A stretch of 64,000 nt of DNA, from IMG/VR virus record IMGVR_UViG_3300031576_000001, positions 62,001 through 126,000 of that record, one strand, 5' to 3'. The notes below the pieces were generated by a model. It was not told the origin of the DNA. It worked only from the letters and a program-made list of their open reading frames with translations, and made no database searches. Shown piece after piece: positions 9,107 to 21,708 of this stretch. The translations under genes were made by a program, and so were the position numbers. Position 1 is the stretch's first letter, and every line of letters starts with the position of its first letter.

Positions 9107-10930
9107 ATGCCCCCAGAAACACCGTACTACAACCCCCTCTCACGCACCGCTCCGGTAGTGGAGCGCCCCCGCCCCTACATTTCCAAGCTGGCTGGCGGCA
9201 AAATCTTCCCCCTCACAGAGAAAGAGCGCATCGTTCGCAACGCACAGCGAACCGCTAACTTTGGGGGGTTTGGCTCGTCGGACGGTGGCGGTGGGGGCTA
9301 CGGCGGCTCTTTTGGGGGGAACACTGCGGTATCAGGGCAGGGCGCGTTCTTTAGCCCTCAGCTATCGACTGACTTCCTTGAGCTACCTCAGTCGGCAAGA
9401 GAGCGCAGGGAGGTATACCTGCACTATTACCGTGCAGATCCCATTGTAGGTCAGGCAATAGACCTCCTCAGTGAACTGCCTATCTCCAAGATTAGGCTAG
9501 CCAAGCCAAAGCCCAGGACGTGCCCCGAGGGCTTTGAGTCTCCGTCTGATTACGGAGACTACATCCTGCACTTCTTCAACAAAATGTGCAAGCGTATCAA
9601 GCTCTTTCAGCGCTTGCTCATGCTCTCGCACCACACCTTCCTTGACGGCAGTGTGTTTCCGTTCTGTGAGGATTCCGAGGTCGAAGTACCCTCTAACATC
9701 ACACACAAGCGAGTGATGAAGAAGGAAGCCTATCTCTCCGAGGAGGGTGAGCCTATTACCAGGGACGCCCCCTCAGAGGAGCCGTACCCTGACGCCGATG
9801 AGCGCCAGGACGCTTATTTCAAGAAGCACTACCAGGGCTGGTCCAAGATGCTGGTCCTTCCCTTTGACCAGATCAAGCTCACCACGTTTTCGTTTACCGA
9901 CGAGGTGCGTATCGAGCTGATACCCAGCGAGCGTGACCGGCAGATTGTCGAGCTAGCCAAGCAAGGCGACCCGGTAGCCGAGGAAATGTACCAAGCAATA
10001 CCCGCAGAGGTCCGTGAGTACCTCAGCGAGGGGAACCTGATACCTCTGGGCACGGACCCTAACGAGGGCTCATTTGTCTATCACTTCAGCAATCGCAAGA
10101 ACGCTGGCGAGGATATGGGGCACAGCCTTCTCGACCGGAACATTAGGGCGCTCTCGCTGAAGGAGAAGCTACGGCAAGCACAAACGCAAATAGCCTCGCG
10201 TGCAATGACCCCCAAGAGACTAGTGTGGGGTGAGAACCTCTCCGAGGTAGACGTAGAAGACTTGCGTGAGCAAGTCGATATGGCTTTGGTGGACCCTGAC
10301 TACTCCATTGTCACCAACTACGAGGTACACTGGGAAGAAATGGGGTCCGGGGACCGCCTCTTGGACCCTAGCTCGGAATACGAGCAAATTGACAAGGGGC
10401 TCATGACGGGCTTTGGGGTAACGGAGTCTCTTATGAGCGGGGAGTCCCTGTTCTCTGGCGACCGTATCAAGCTAGAGGTACTCAACAACAGGTTCATGCT
10501 CTTCCGCGAGCTAGTTCAAGAATACGTAGAGGAATACGTTTTTCGACCCGTAGCCAGGCGCAAAGGCTTTGTCGAGAAAAACAAGTGGGGCGAAGAGGAG
10601 GAAATCTTTCCGTCGTTGTCCTTTACGCGCCTGGCGCTCAAGGACAATCAAGACCTCTTTGACGCCCTGTTCAACCTCTACCAAAAGGGCAGCATCGACG
10701 TAGGCGTCATCCTTGAGCTGTTCAACATTGACCCTGACTCTACGCGCGAGAAGATTGAGCGGGATATGATGACGGTCAACGATAGCGCGTTCAATGAGAT
10801 TGTCCGAGGGGTCTACGGAGAGGTAGGACGTGGCTTGGCTGAGAAGACGGACATTACCGAGCGGATCGCCAAGTACATGAAGCTGAAGATGGCACCCGCC
10901 CCCGCTGAAGGCGCCGAGGGTCGGTTCTAA
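9107..10930 (+). CDS. Portal protein
   Basis: 607 aa after terL. YYRADPIVGQAIDLLSELP N-terminal helix, GHSLLDR...EKLRQAQ, and FGVTESLMSGE core typical of portals. Confidence 0.8.
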   Translation: MPPETPYYNPLSRTAPVVERPRPYISKLAGGKIFPLTEKERIVRNAQRTANFGGFGSSDGGGGGYGGSFGGNTAVSGQGAFFSPQLSTDFLELPQSARERREVYLHYYRADPIVGQAIDLLSELPISKIRLAKPKPRTCPEGFESPSDYGDYILHFFNKMCKRIKLFQRLLMLSHHTFLDGSVFPFCEDSEVEVPSNITHKRVMKKEAYLSEEGEPITRDAPSEEPYPDADERQDAYFKKHYQGWSKMLVLPFDQIKLTTFSFTDEVRIELIPSERDRQIVELAKQGDPVAEEMYQAIPAEVREYLSEGNLIPLGTDPNEGSFVYHFSNRKNAGEDMGHSLLDRNIRALSLKEKLRQAQTQIASRAMTPKRLVWGENLSEVDVEDLREQVDMALVDPDYSIVTNYEVHWEEMGSGDRLLDPSSEYEQIDKGLMTGFGVTESLMSGESLFSGDRIKLEVLNNRFMLFRELVQEYVEEYVFRPVARRKGFVEKNKWGEEEEIFPSLSFTRLALKDNQDLFDALFNLYQKGSIDVGVILELFNIDPDSTREKIERDMMTVNDSAFNEIVRGVYGEVGRGLAEKTDITERIAKYMKLKMAPAPAEGAEGRF

Positions 10931-10969
10931 GTTAGCGTGGCTCTAATCCCTCCCTCTCGGGGGTAGACT

Positions 10970-13900
10970 ATGATGGACGGGAGACTAGCGACCAAAGACA
11001 AGCCCGAGCGTGAAGACGAGGAGGTGGACCGCCTTCATCGCCCCTCGCCTCACGTCAAGCCCCCCCGGCACGACAAGCGCCGTGAGCAAATACAGCCCGA
11101 CGCTGACCCGGACCTGGACGAGTCTGATCCTGACCTCTCCCTCAACCGCCGAGAGGTAGGGGGCTCATCCGTAGCCCAGCGCGTCTTGGCTCGTCTACTG
11201 CAAGCCAAAGGCGCCGAGACGGACAAGGTAACGGTACGTAACACCGAGACGGACAAGGTAGTCCAGGTCAACCCCGAGACCGTTCAAGAGAACCCCGGCA
11301 AGTACGAAGAGGTCAAGGACGACGGCTCCGAGGCAGAAGAGCCCCACCTGACCACGGCGATCCGTGAGAGGCTCAAGTCTGACCCTGGCTTTGCGTCGAT
11401 GGCCAAGGCGCTGTCAGACCCCAAGAGCATGGGGAAGATTGACGATGGGAAGCCCCTGCCGGAGACGCTGGCTAAAGTCTTTCCAGGGCTAAAGACCTTC
11501 GGTGAGGCACGCAAGACGGTTTCCGAGGCTAGTAAAGCTAGCCCGCCCGCCAAGAAGGTGCCTCCGGTCAAGCTACTCGACGACGCCAAGCCAAAGCCTG
11601 TCCACCCCCCGCGCCCTCCCCGCCCTCAGAAGCCAGCCAAGCCGGCGCCCCCGGACGTGCCCAACAAGGACCGCCCCGACAAGGACGCCCCCAGGGATAC
11701 CTACGACGGCAAACCCAAAGAGGAGGGACCAAAGCCACCCTCCAAGCGATACCTTGACGACGAGAAGCTAAAGCCCCCTGGCGCACCGTCACCCGGACCC
11801 AAGCCCGCACCCTCCTCTAAGGATGAGCCTGCCAAGCCGCCAGCGGAACCAGCTAAGCAAGAGGGTCAAGAGAAACCCCCTACCCAAGCGGAACCAACTA
11901 GGCAAGAGGGTCAAGCTAAGCCTACCCCCAAGGCGCAGACCCCTTTTGATGACTGGGTTGCCAAGGGGGGTCTCTCTGACCCTGGCTTTCAAGAGTACCT
12001 GGACAGTGCGCCGGAGAACCTACGGACTCCAGGTACTCCTGTCTTGGTGTGGAACCCCCAGAAGAAGACCCGTGAGCCCTTTGCAGACCTCCCTCCTGAG
12101 CAACAGAAGGCTCACTTTGAGGAGTGGTCCGCAGACACCAAAGCCAAGCAGCAAGAGGCTGAGGCTAAGGCAGAGGAGCAAGCCACCCTACAGCGAGACG
12201 CCCTCTACACGGAAGCCTTCAAGAAGAACCCCAAGGTCGCCAAGCTACTGCAAGCCCTGTCGGACCCTGCCTCTGAGCCGTCCAAAAGACTAGCCGAGCT
12301 AGGTAAGAAGAAGGGTGTGGGGGCTCTTGTGCCCGAGAAAGTATTCCCTGAGCTAGCCGGGCTGCCCACCCTTGAAGTGACCAATGACTTGGACCGCCTT
12401 GCCTCTTTCGCCAAGAGGACCAGGAAGGACTGGGCGCCGGACCCCTACGAGGGCAAGTCTGACCTGAAGGAATTTGTGGACGGGGTAGCCAAGGAGGAAG
12501 AGACCTATTTCCTAGAGTACGCTCTGACCCCGAAGAACAAGCCTCGGATCAAAGTACCCAAGGGTAAAACCCTCAAAGGGTACGTAGCCTCCCTTCCGGT
12601 CGCAGACCAAGAGAAGCTGTTCAACGACTTTGCGAAGCACCTCGACCAAAAGAACCTGAGCACTGACGTGCAAAAGCTGTCTGCCGGCTCCCCAGAGCTA
12701 GCCAAGACTCTGCAAGCCATGTTTGACCCTCGCTCCCCTCTCAGCAAGAAAGCTGCGGAGAATACACAGCTACCCGCTAGTGAACTGCACCCTAAACTAG
12801 CGCACTTCAAGAATGTAACCGTAGGAGAGCTTCTCAAAGCCAGTAAGCCCCTCTTGGTGCCCCCCAAGCTGCCTACGCGCGAAAACTTCACCTACCGACA
12901 GCAGCTAGACGCCCTCAACCTCTTGGACCGCACGTTCCCTGAGAAGACCGCCAAAAGACTCTACGAGCTACACCCAACAGACATTGCCTCGGTCGTAGCC
13001 GCGTACAAGGCTACGCAGTCCAAGGGCGCTACCCTCCCTGAGAAGCTGTTGAAGTCGGGTGGGTTTCAGACTGACATTAATAAGGTGCGACCCCCCTTGA
13101 CGTGGGAGGTCTCAGGTAAGACGGTCCCGTTCTCTAGCCTGGACGAGAAAGCCCAAACTGACGCCTACCTACAGCACAGGGCGATGGTTGTGGCTGCCAG
13201 CCTGCAAGCTGAGGACACACTAGCCTCGACCTGTGAGAAGGGCGGCGTCCCCAAAGAGGCTAGCCGGCTCTTCGCCAGGGTCAGGATGGACACCGTGCCT
13301 GGGGAGTCCCCGGAGGAGCGTACCGAGCGTGCGACGGTCATAGGACGCAAGGCTCACGACCACGCGGTAACCACGGCTGCCCCTGTCATTGAGAACCCCA
13401 AGGAAGCCCTGTCTATCTTCGCCCACGGTAAGCTCAGGGACGAGGCGACCCACAAGATCGCCCTGCAATACAGCAAGGGGGCAGATTATCGCTCCTTTAT
13501 TGACCGGTTCCTGTCACGCAAGGCAAAAGACCCCCTCTCTGAGCACGACACGGTGTCTGGCGCCATGTTCAAGGTCAAAGCCCTCTCCGAAGAGGTAGAC
13601 CGGCGCTCCAAGCAGTACCCCAAGGAAGACCAAGGCTTCTTTCGCACCATGAAGGGTGACCTACGGGCGTTCTTCATGGAAAGGCTAGCCAACCTGAGCC
13701 CCAAGAAGGCGGACCTTCTAAGCGTTGCCCTTGAGGACTCGCGTAGCTCTCCCTGGGCAGAGGGGCTGTTGCCGCCCAAGCCCCAAGCCAAGGGAATCAA
13801 GTCCTGGCTAAGCTCCCACCTGAAACTAGCCTCTTATGCCGGGGCTGTAGGTACACAGTTGACCGAGAGAACTAGTAACTACCGCGGGGTCGCCCCCCTT

Positions 13901-14473
13901 CCTCGCACTCCGTACCCCCCGTGGCTCCCCGTGGACCACGTAACGGAGGGTGACGCTACCCGCCTCTTGGCTGACGCCAGGAAGCGCCTGGACCTCTCCG
14001 TTCCCGGTCGCGTACCGGACAGTGCGTACCGAGAGGCTCTAGACCTCGCGGTCTACACCCTGGATAACGGTGCCTTCTCTCGTGGTCTGCACCCCACCGT
14101 GTACAACGCTCTCCTGGCAAAACTCTCTGGGCAACCTGTAGCCCCTACCGACACCCTCTTGACCGTACAGAAGAAAGCCATGCTCACACAGAAACTCGCC
14201 TCTGACCTTCGCGCCCTGGCTACCAAGGTAGCCGAAGAAGCCCCCCAAGCAGCCTTTGAGATCGTGGAGCTAGCCGAGAAGGTAGCCCAAGACCAAGGCG
14301 AGCAGGATCAAGCTCCCGAGCAGAAACAAGCTCAGGACCAAGAGCAAGGGCAAGGTCAGCAGCAGAAGCAAGCCTACCTTACGCTACGGTCCCTAGTCAT
14401 CAAGACGGCTCATGCCTCTCAGGACAAGGCACCCTTCCTGCCTATACTCCGGCACCTCAAGGCTCAGGGCTTA
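10970..14473 (+). CDS. Large Pro/Lys-rich head-associated protein (1167 aa, TTA stop)
   Basis: Between portal and protease; low-complexity linker; only in-frame TTA found is at 14471, 8 codons before the track stop. Confidence 0.6.
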
Positions 14474-14514
14474 TTTCTATCCCCAGCTTCTCAGTAGAGG
14501 ATCACGAAAACACC

Positions 14515-14889
14515 ATGGCTTTCAAGCTAGCAACACAAGACGCAGAGCGTATTCTTTCCAACCTGGACCAGGCGTCACAGGTCATCCAAGCCGGCGTAGA
14601 GGCAGGAACCCTCAAGCTGGCTTTCGAGGATGCCAAGGCGATTGTCAACTCACTGGATCAGATTGCCGACCGTATTGAGTACGGTACGTTTGGCAAGCAG
14701 TCCTTTGAGAAGAGGATGGCAGAGGTCATCAAGCGTGAGCCTGACGAGAAGTACATGGACACGTTCAAGAACCCCATGCAGCCCCACGTCACGGACAAGG
14801 ACGAGCCGTACATGGCCGCCTACTCGGATGACCAGTCCTCTGCCATGATTCACGGCAAGAGCACCACAGGGCGCCCGCTCGCTCCCTTA
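14515..14889 (+). CDS. Hypothetical head-module protein (124 aa, TTA stop)
   Basis: Ends GRPLAP-TTA, which leaves AGGAGG (SD of the next gene) in intergenic space. Confidence 0.65.
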
Positions 14890-14915
14890 CACGTCTCGAC
14901 CAGGAGGGTAGCCAA

Positions 14916-15614
14916 TTGCTAGATTACTGGGCACTCGCCAAAGACTTTCACCAGGGGGACGCGGTTCAGAAGATCAACCCCGTCAACGGGAGTCTTGGTC
15001 CCTACGTGGGCGTTATCAAGCACGCTCACCCGGGGCTGGGGGTGCTTGACATTCAGTGGCCCTTTGGTGTCGAGCGCATTCACCCGGACGAGGTAGTCAA
15101 GGTCAACCCTGAGTTGATGTTGCACCTACCGCCCACGCTCAACCAAGTTTACGGTACGTGGGACACCCGGAGGCTGGCGTCCGCGAGAACCTCTTGGTAC
15201 CCCTTCCCGCCGGGCATCTATACGGACATGGCTCAGGCTTGGCACCACGGCAGGGGTGCTGTGGGCGTGTACGACGACCTTTACCGCAAGTACTCGGGGC
15301 TAGACGACCTAGTGCTGAGAGGCGAGGTCAGCAAGTTCTACACTGCCGCCAAGGTCTTTGGTGACTATCGTGTAGCTCACCACGCGGTAAGGACCGCGAG
15401 CTACTGGGTAGCCGAGAACCGGCAGTACAGGGTCACGGCGGACGAGCTAGACGCCCGTAAGCCCAGGTGTCCCAAGTGTGGGACACGGATGCGCAAGACC
15501 ACCTACAAGATGAAGAAGGGTGAGCGTCACCGCTTGCTAGCTTGCCCCAAGGATCTCTTCTTGGTGAAGACCACGGACATGCTTGGACCCGACGGAAAGG
15601 CAGTGGACTGGTTA
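14916..15614 (+). CDS. Hypothetical protein with C-terminal CxxC Zn-ribbon (232 aa, TTA stop)
   Basis: TTG start with AGGAGG upstream; RCPKCG...LACPKD; ends VDW-TTA at 15612. Confidence 0.65.
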
Positions 15615-15630
15615 GCGCCAGCCTGACACC

Positions 15631-18552
15631 ATGGCATTCCTCAAGTACGCCCGCTCCACGGTGCTGAAAAGCGACGTGAACTTCGATTCGTGGAACGATA
15701 GCCACAAGGGCAATGCGTTTCAGAATCGAGAGGCGCGTCGTATTGTGGTGGACCGCGTAAGCTCCAAGGACTACCTGCTTTCGCACTGTACCATTGTCGC
15801 CAGCGCCGACGCAGAAGAGTCAGGACTACCTCTGGGTAGGCACCTTGTTGACGGCTTTGAGGTCAATCGCCAGTTCTCTGACTTCTACGTAAAGCAAGAC
15901 TCTGAACTTTTTTTCAACAACAACCATGATGGGTGGTCTCGTCCGTTGATCCTGGGGACGTACAAAACATTTATAGGCTCCCCCTCATACATTGAGCACT
16001 GTCAAATACCAGAGTACGCTAAGGGTAAAATCCTAGACGCTGTAGCCAGGGATGTTGGCCCCTCAGTTTACGTTGACATTCTTGTGGGTACAGAGCGCAA
16101 GCACAAGCCGCTTATCGCTGCAATTCTGTCGAGAAAGATCAACGCCCTCAGCATGGGGTGTAGCATCCAATTTTCTTGCTGCACGCAATGCGGTAACGTG
16201 GCTGCGGACGAGACCGAGCTTTGTTTTCCTCCTGGGACTAGAGTGCTTAGGTCGGATGGCCTCTACACTCCGATAGAAGAGTTGGTCTCTGGTGATGTGG
16301 TTCTAACACACAAAGGAAACGCGCGTACTATCACTGAGACCACTTCTAGAGACTACTCTGGGGAACTAGTGCAACTCCGTGTTGACGGCGTGCCCACACC
16401 ACTACGATCCACACACTCCCATCCGTATCTTGTTTTCCGCCCGAAGACTGTTTGTGCTTGTGGTTGCGGTCAACCCCTAGCAAGAACGGTAGAGCACAGG
16501 AGAGGAGCCGCTAAGGCATTTGAGAGAATGTATCTTCCTGGGCACAACACTCATGAAGGCATTGCACAACACAAGCTAGTTTCTATCACTCCTGAATTTG
16601 TAGCGGCGCGAGACATAGCGGAAGGAGACTATCTAGCCTTTCCTGTGACTGGGGAGTTCTGCAATACGCCGGATGGCACCGAAGAGAAAGCTAAACTCAT
16701 AGGTTACTTTGCGTCAGAAGGCTCATTTATTAAAAGACGAGGTAAGCGAGTCGGGGTTTCATTTGCTTTTGGGGCTCACGAGTCAGAAACTTTGGTAGCT
16801 GATGTTGTAAAACTTTTGGAGTGCGTCTTTGGTGGGGTTAGAAAGGCGCCCGTTGTGCTCTGGGAGGATGCTGTCCAGAGGGATGGTACACTGCCTGTAA
16901 AACGACGCTCAACTAGCCGGGTGGTCCCTGAAGACCTTACTTGCCCATCGTGCGCAGCGCCCTCTGTGTACTTGAGAAACGCTTCATTCAAAAAAGGATC
17001 TCAGTGCTACCAGTGCAAGGTATGCCACAGGTCTTTTGTACTCGGTGCAGAGCGATATAAGCGGGCGCGTGTGTACCAGAGTGGAAACTCCTGTGACGTG
17101 CGTTTCTTGTGCGACAAGGCCGCCGACTTTTTCTATCGGCACTGCGGCGAATACGCCTCGACGAAGAGACTATCACCCGAGGTGATGTCGTGGCCACAAG
17201 AGCTACAAAGACACGTTTTGTGGACTTGGTTGTGTGGTGACGGCTCCCAAACTTCTGGTGAGGGTGTGAAGGGCACGAGCGTATCCTTTAACTTGATAAG
17301 TCAAATGCACCTCATCGCGGCAAGGTGTGGTCTTTATGCTAGGCGCGCTGTTGTCTTTGGTGGGCGTAGTGTTGCCGTGGGGGATGTCGTAGGGTCAGAT
17401 GGGATTGCAAGATTGCGGGATGCACGGGGGTGGCTGCCTACTTTTGTATTGGTCCTTCCGGCGCCTCAAGACCTCAAAGGAATTCTACGGTTCACAGACA
17501 AAGCACGTAAAACTCTTGCTCGCGTTACGTCGGGATACAAGCGGGTGGGTGATTACCTGCTCTATCGTGTTCGTAAGAAGTCTTGCGTTCCATACTCTGG
17601 TAAAGTTTACAATGTGGAAGTGGCTGATGACCATTCTTATGTGGTTGATGGTGTTGCAGTACACAACTGTAACCATATCAAATTCTTCAAGGGTAACTAC
17701 TTCATTGACCCTTACGGTAAGAGGCGCCGCGTAGGAGAGTTCTGTGGACACGCCTCTGACCTTGAGTCTAACAAATTCGTTGAAGCCTCTTGGGTGGGTA
17801 ACCCCGCTTTCGATGGCGCTGTGCTCAGGAACATCCTCAACGCCAGTGACTTTGATAAGACCGCCTACGGCAACCCCGACACGGTGTTCTCGTTCCCGTC
17901 CGTGTCCTTCGTACCCCCCGCAGGCGTCAAGCTAGCTAATCAGCAAGACGACCCCTTTGCTACGCCCTCTCAGGGTGACGCTGGTGCGGGCGACAGCAAA
18001 GCCAAGACTGAGAAGCCACCCCTAGAGGACGCCGTGAAAGACCTTCACGACACCCTCAAGGAAAAAGTGGTCGAGAATGTGCGCAAAGAGCTAGACGACG
18101 CCACGGGGGACGCCGCGCTCAAAGTCACTCAGTCTCCGCAGAACGAAAACGAGAACCTGATCAAGTCAGCCGCTAGCTCGCCCCTCTGGCGTAAGCGGGT
18201 GGCTTTCCTCTCCCCGTACCTCAAGAGCTACACGCCCTCCTTTAATAGGAGGCTGCTGGCGGGCTTGATTAGGGTACAGGCTTTTGGGTGGGGAAATCTC
18301 AAGACCGCAGGCTACGCACCCGAAGAGGTCTTGGTTCTGTCCTACCTCGTTGACCGAATGAAGGGCAAACCAGCCTTTGCCGGGGAGCGTAGGCTTTACG
18401 CCGCGCTTAGCAAGGCTGACCTGAACGCCCCTTGTCACTCGGTTTCCCTCTCTCTCGGTAGACCGCTGACCGCTACGGAGCAGTCCCTTGTGCTTGAAAA
18501 GTGCAACCTCCTCCAAAAAATACACGCAAACTCACTGATACAATCAACCTTA
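15631..18552 (+). CDS. Putative prohead (maturation) protease precursor containing an intein (973 aa, TTA stop)
   Basis: Between portal and scaffold/MCP; LSMGC and FVEASWVGNPA motifs resemble assemblin/HK97-type proteases; only in-frame TTA is at 18550. Confidence 0.65.
16222..17667 (+). mobile_element. Intein (482 aa) with LAGLIDADG endonuclease and extra Cys-rich inserts
   Basis: Starts CFPPGTRV, block B STHSHP, LIGYFASEG and LWTWLCGDG motifs, ends VYNVEV...VAVHN followed by Cys+1. Confidence 0.92.
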
Positions 18553-18569
18553 GAAGAGGCACTCTGACC

Positions 18570-19802
18570 ATGACTCGTCGTCGCACTACCTGGGCTGCTT
18601 ACCAAAAGACAGCCGACCCTTACCTCATGAACCAAGATCACGTCAACCAGCAACCCGGTGCGGGCGACTACCTCACGGGTGACCCCTCTTCGTGGAAAGA
18701 GGACGTGAACCCCGAGAACCGTTGGGAAGATGAGTACAAGGGCGACCAAGTAGCCCGTGACGAGATTGGCATGGGCGAGATGCGCTCCGAGACGTTCAAC
18801 CACCCCGAGAAAACTGCTAACATGGATCGTGACTACCTCCTCAAGAAGGCCAGCGTTTGTGAAAAGGTAGCCCGCCGTATGCTGGGCAGGACCGCCTCGG
18901 ACGCGGCTATCGAGGACCAGAGCCTAGCCCTCATGGACCTCTCCGATGCTGACCTCCTCGGCACCTATGACCGCCTTGCCAATGACCAACAGGGTCAGGG
19001 TCAAGAGGAGCAGAAGCAAGCTCAGCAGCAAATGCCCGCTCAAGGGCAACAGCAACAGGGTCAGCAAGCTCAACAGCAGCAAATGACCCAGGCTCAGCAG
19101 CAAGAAATGCAGGCTCAGCAACAGGCAGAGCAAGCCATGCAACAGGCTATGCAAGCCATGGCTCAGGGCGACCAAGTTGTCGCTGACCAAGCCATGCAGC
19201 AAGCTGTTGACGCACAGTCGAAGTGCGCCGGCATGACCGTAGCCAAGGCTGCCTCATTCGTGGCTCGCAAGTTTGCCACCCTCATGGTCAAGGCAAACCA
19301 GGGTCAGCAAATGCCCTTCCAGGGTCAGCAACAAGCTCAGCAGGGGCAACAGCAGCAAATGCCCGCCCAGGGTCAGCAGCAACAGGCGCCCGCGCAAGCC
19401 CAGCAGCAGATGCCTGCTCAGGGTCAGCAGCAGCAAATGCCGGCTCAAGACCAGCAGCAGCAGCAAGGTCAAGACCAGCAAATGCTGGAGTCGATGCTCA
19501 TGGAGGGTGACCCCGAAATGGCAGAATTTGACGTTGAGCTAGAGGCTCCCGAAATGGGTCTCGACGTGATGGACCAAGACCTTTCGATGGTCTTTGCGGG
19601 TCAAGAGGCTCAGGACGCTCAACAGGGTCAGCAAGCTCAAGAGGGTCAAAACAAAGAGGCTCGTGGCAAGACTGCCTCTCGCAAGCCCGTAGCCAAGCTA
19701 GGCGGCGCCCCCTCTTCGCAGACCATGCCGACCGACGTAGGCAACCTCTCTTCCATGTGGAAGTCGGCGCCCGACGTAAGCAAGGTCTTCTTCGGAGGCT
19801 TA
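18570..19802 (+). CDS. Gln-rich scaffold-like protein (410 aa, TTA stop)
   Basis: Between protease and capsid genes; QQMPAQGQQQQ repeats; ends MWKSAPDVSKVFFGG-TTA followed by a hairpin. Confidence 0.55.
18985..19480 (+). repeat. Imperfect intragenic tandem repeats encoding Q-rich (QQMPAQGQQQQ) units
   Basis: Repeated cagcaaatgcc(c/g)gc(t/c)ca(a/g)gg units; boundaries approximate. Confidence 0.8.
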
Positions 19803-19812
19803 CCCTCCCCCT

Positions 19813-19843
19813 GGGCTAGCAAAGCTGAACCCTCTGCTAGCCC
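19813..19843 (+). terminator. 8-bp stem-loop right after the TTA stop of the scaffold-like gene
   Basis: GGGCTAGC (19813-19820) and GCTAGCCC (19836-19843); no clear U-tract. Confidence 0.35.
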
Positions 19844-19998
19844 GCCAAGTGCAAAACGCACTCAGACACGATTTCTCACATGATGCGTTTATCCTAACGA
19901 CAACAGGTGAGATACTAGCAACACCCAGCTAGGAAAAAACTGCGTAGGGTGCTTAAATGTGAATGAGTTAGTTGCCCCCCGTGGCAAGGAGCGAATTC

Positions 19999-20625
19999 AT
20001 GTCCCTCTTTGGTCAATCGTCGGGTGACTTCAAGGAAACGTCGGGTCGAATCCAACTTTTCCACGTTGTCACTCGCAATTCCATAGGCTCACTGAGCCCG
20101 GATGCCTTTACACAGGCTAACCCTCCCGTCGTCGTAACCGTGGGCAATCTGTCCACCACCCTCTCAGCCTTGAACGGCAAGCGTGGTGTGTTGGGTAGCA
20201 CGGTGGCCTTTACACGTCCTGACATTGGTAACAACTACCTTGGTGGTCCGGTTCTGGTTGGAGGTCTCTACTCCGCTACGATCAAGCCCCTGGGTATGTT
20301 CATCAACGACTCGCTGGGCAACGCATTCGAGAACACCCCCGGGGTAGCCTCGAACCGTGGACCCTACGTGGCGGGCTCGGGTTCGTGTCTCGGTCTGAAG
20401 ATTTACGAGACGAAGCAACAGATCGGTGGCGCTGCCAACTTGGTCTATTCGGCGGGTCAGTGGGTTTACGCCTCGGTCAACGGTCTCATCACCAACCGTA
20501 TCGAGGACGCCTACGAGTACAACGTGGCGGGTCAAGCAGACCCGGACTTCGTAACCGTCATGGGTATCATCAAGCGCGTCCCAGACGCCAGCAACGACAT
20601 CATGGTCATTGACGTGAGGGCTTGA
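19999..20625 (+). CDS. Putative capsid decoration protein (208 aa)
   Basis: AAGGAG SD; directly upstream of MCP; Gly-rich beta-type sequence. Function inferred from position. Confidence 0.55.
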   Translation: MSLFGQSSGDFKETSGRIQLFHVVTRNSIGSLSPDAFTQANPPVVVTVGNLSTTLSALNGKRGVLGSTVAFTRPDIGNNYLGGPVLVGGLYSATIKPLGMFINDSLGNAFENTPGVASNRGPYVAGSGSCLGLKIYETKQQIGGAANLVYSAGQWVYASVNGLITNRIEDAYEYNVAGQADPDFVTVMGIIKRVPDASNDIMVIDVRA

Positions 20626-20637
20626 AAGGAAACTACC

Positions 20638-21528
20638 ATGATACAGCAACAGACCCAAGTATCCAACGCTTACAAGCAAAAGGTCATCGGAGAGCTGATC
20701 AAGACCGCCGCCGGTCGCTCCAAGATCGCAGCCTCCATGATCCAGCCCCTCCGGCTGCGTAGGGACTACACCTCGGTCAACCGCAAGACGTACCTCGTCG
20801 AGCAGCTACCGGACGGCGCTCTGCCGATCTACGACAAAGACCCGGACGTTACCGCCTACGTGGTAGGCGAAGAGGGTGAAAGCATCCTGGCAATCCAGAA
20901 GCCCCGCAGGGTCATCTTCCCCCTGTTCGAGCTAGCCAGCAACCCCGAGATCCCCCTCACCCAGATCAAGGAGCGGCGTTTCGATCTAATCGAGCGCGCC
21001 CAAGACCTCGGTAAGGCTCAGATCCAAGCAGCAGAAGACGAGCGTGGCTTTGCCATTCTCGACAGCATAGCGGTCAACGGGTTTGACACACTGCCCGGCC
21101 AGACCAACCCCGACGTGAACGTGGTTGCCCCTCTGAGCCCCTCGGTGCTGGCAGACGCCTTCGCAGAGATCGAGCGTCACGACCTGCGTGTCGCCCGTAT
21201 CTTCATGAACGCCACGGATTACGCGGATATCCGTAAGTTCGGTCGCGACATTCTCGACATCGAGTCGCAAGCCAACCTGCTCAAGACCGGTCTGCAAGCC
21301 ACCCTCTGGGGAGCCCAGATCATCACCAGCCGCTTGGTCCCGGTGGGCTTTACCTACCTTTGCTGCGAACCGGAATTCTTCGGGCGCATCCCCGTGAGGA
21401 CCGAGCTCTCGGTTATCAGCGCCGACGATCCGAAGGCTCGCACGATAGGCTTCTCTATCTTCGAGAACCTGGGGATTGGGGCATTCAATCCGCGGGGCGA
21501 GTGCCGCATGGTCATCACCCGCGCGTTA
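20638..21528 (+). CDS. Major capsid protein (HK97-like fold, 296 aa, TTA stop)
   Basis: GAAAGGA SD; FELASNPEIPLTQIKERRFDLIERAQDLGKAQIQAAEDERGF pattern and position; ends VITRA-TTA-GGG-TGA. Confidence 0.8.
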
Positions 21529-21540
21529 GGGTGACCATAG

Positions 21541-21601
21541 CAGCCTGAAAAGGCTGTGAAACAAAACGAGGGGGGTGCTTCCGCAAGGGGGTGCCCCCCT
21601 C
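21541..21601 (+). terminator. Two GNRA-tetraloop hairpins downstream of MCP
   Basis: CAGCCT-GAAA-AGGCTG (21541-21556, perfect) and a G/C-rich stem with GCAA loop (about 21568-21601). Confidence 0.5.
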
Positions 21602-21708
21602 GTCTATTTGTCCAGCCTGATGGTTTTGTAACGTGTAGTAGTCTAGCCCTGACAAGGTTACGAAACCTGTTGACAGAGCATCTTGGGCAGTTTACTACAC
21701 ACTCCAAG

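Noticed and set aside
18985-19480. Possible CRISPR-like array
   Set aside because: Repeats are imperfect, in-frame coding units with no unique spacers; no CRISPR array seen in the window.
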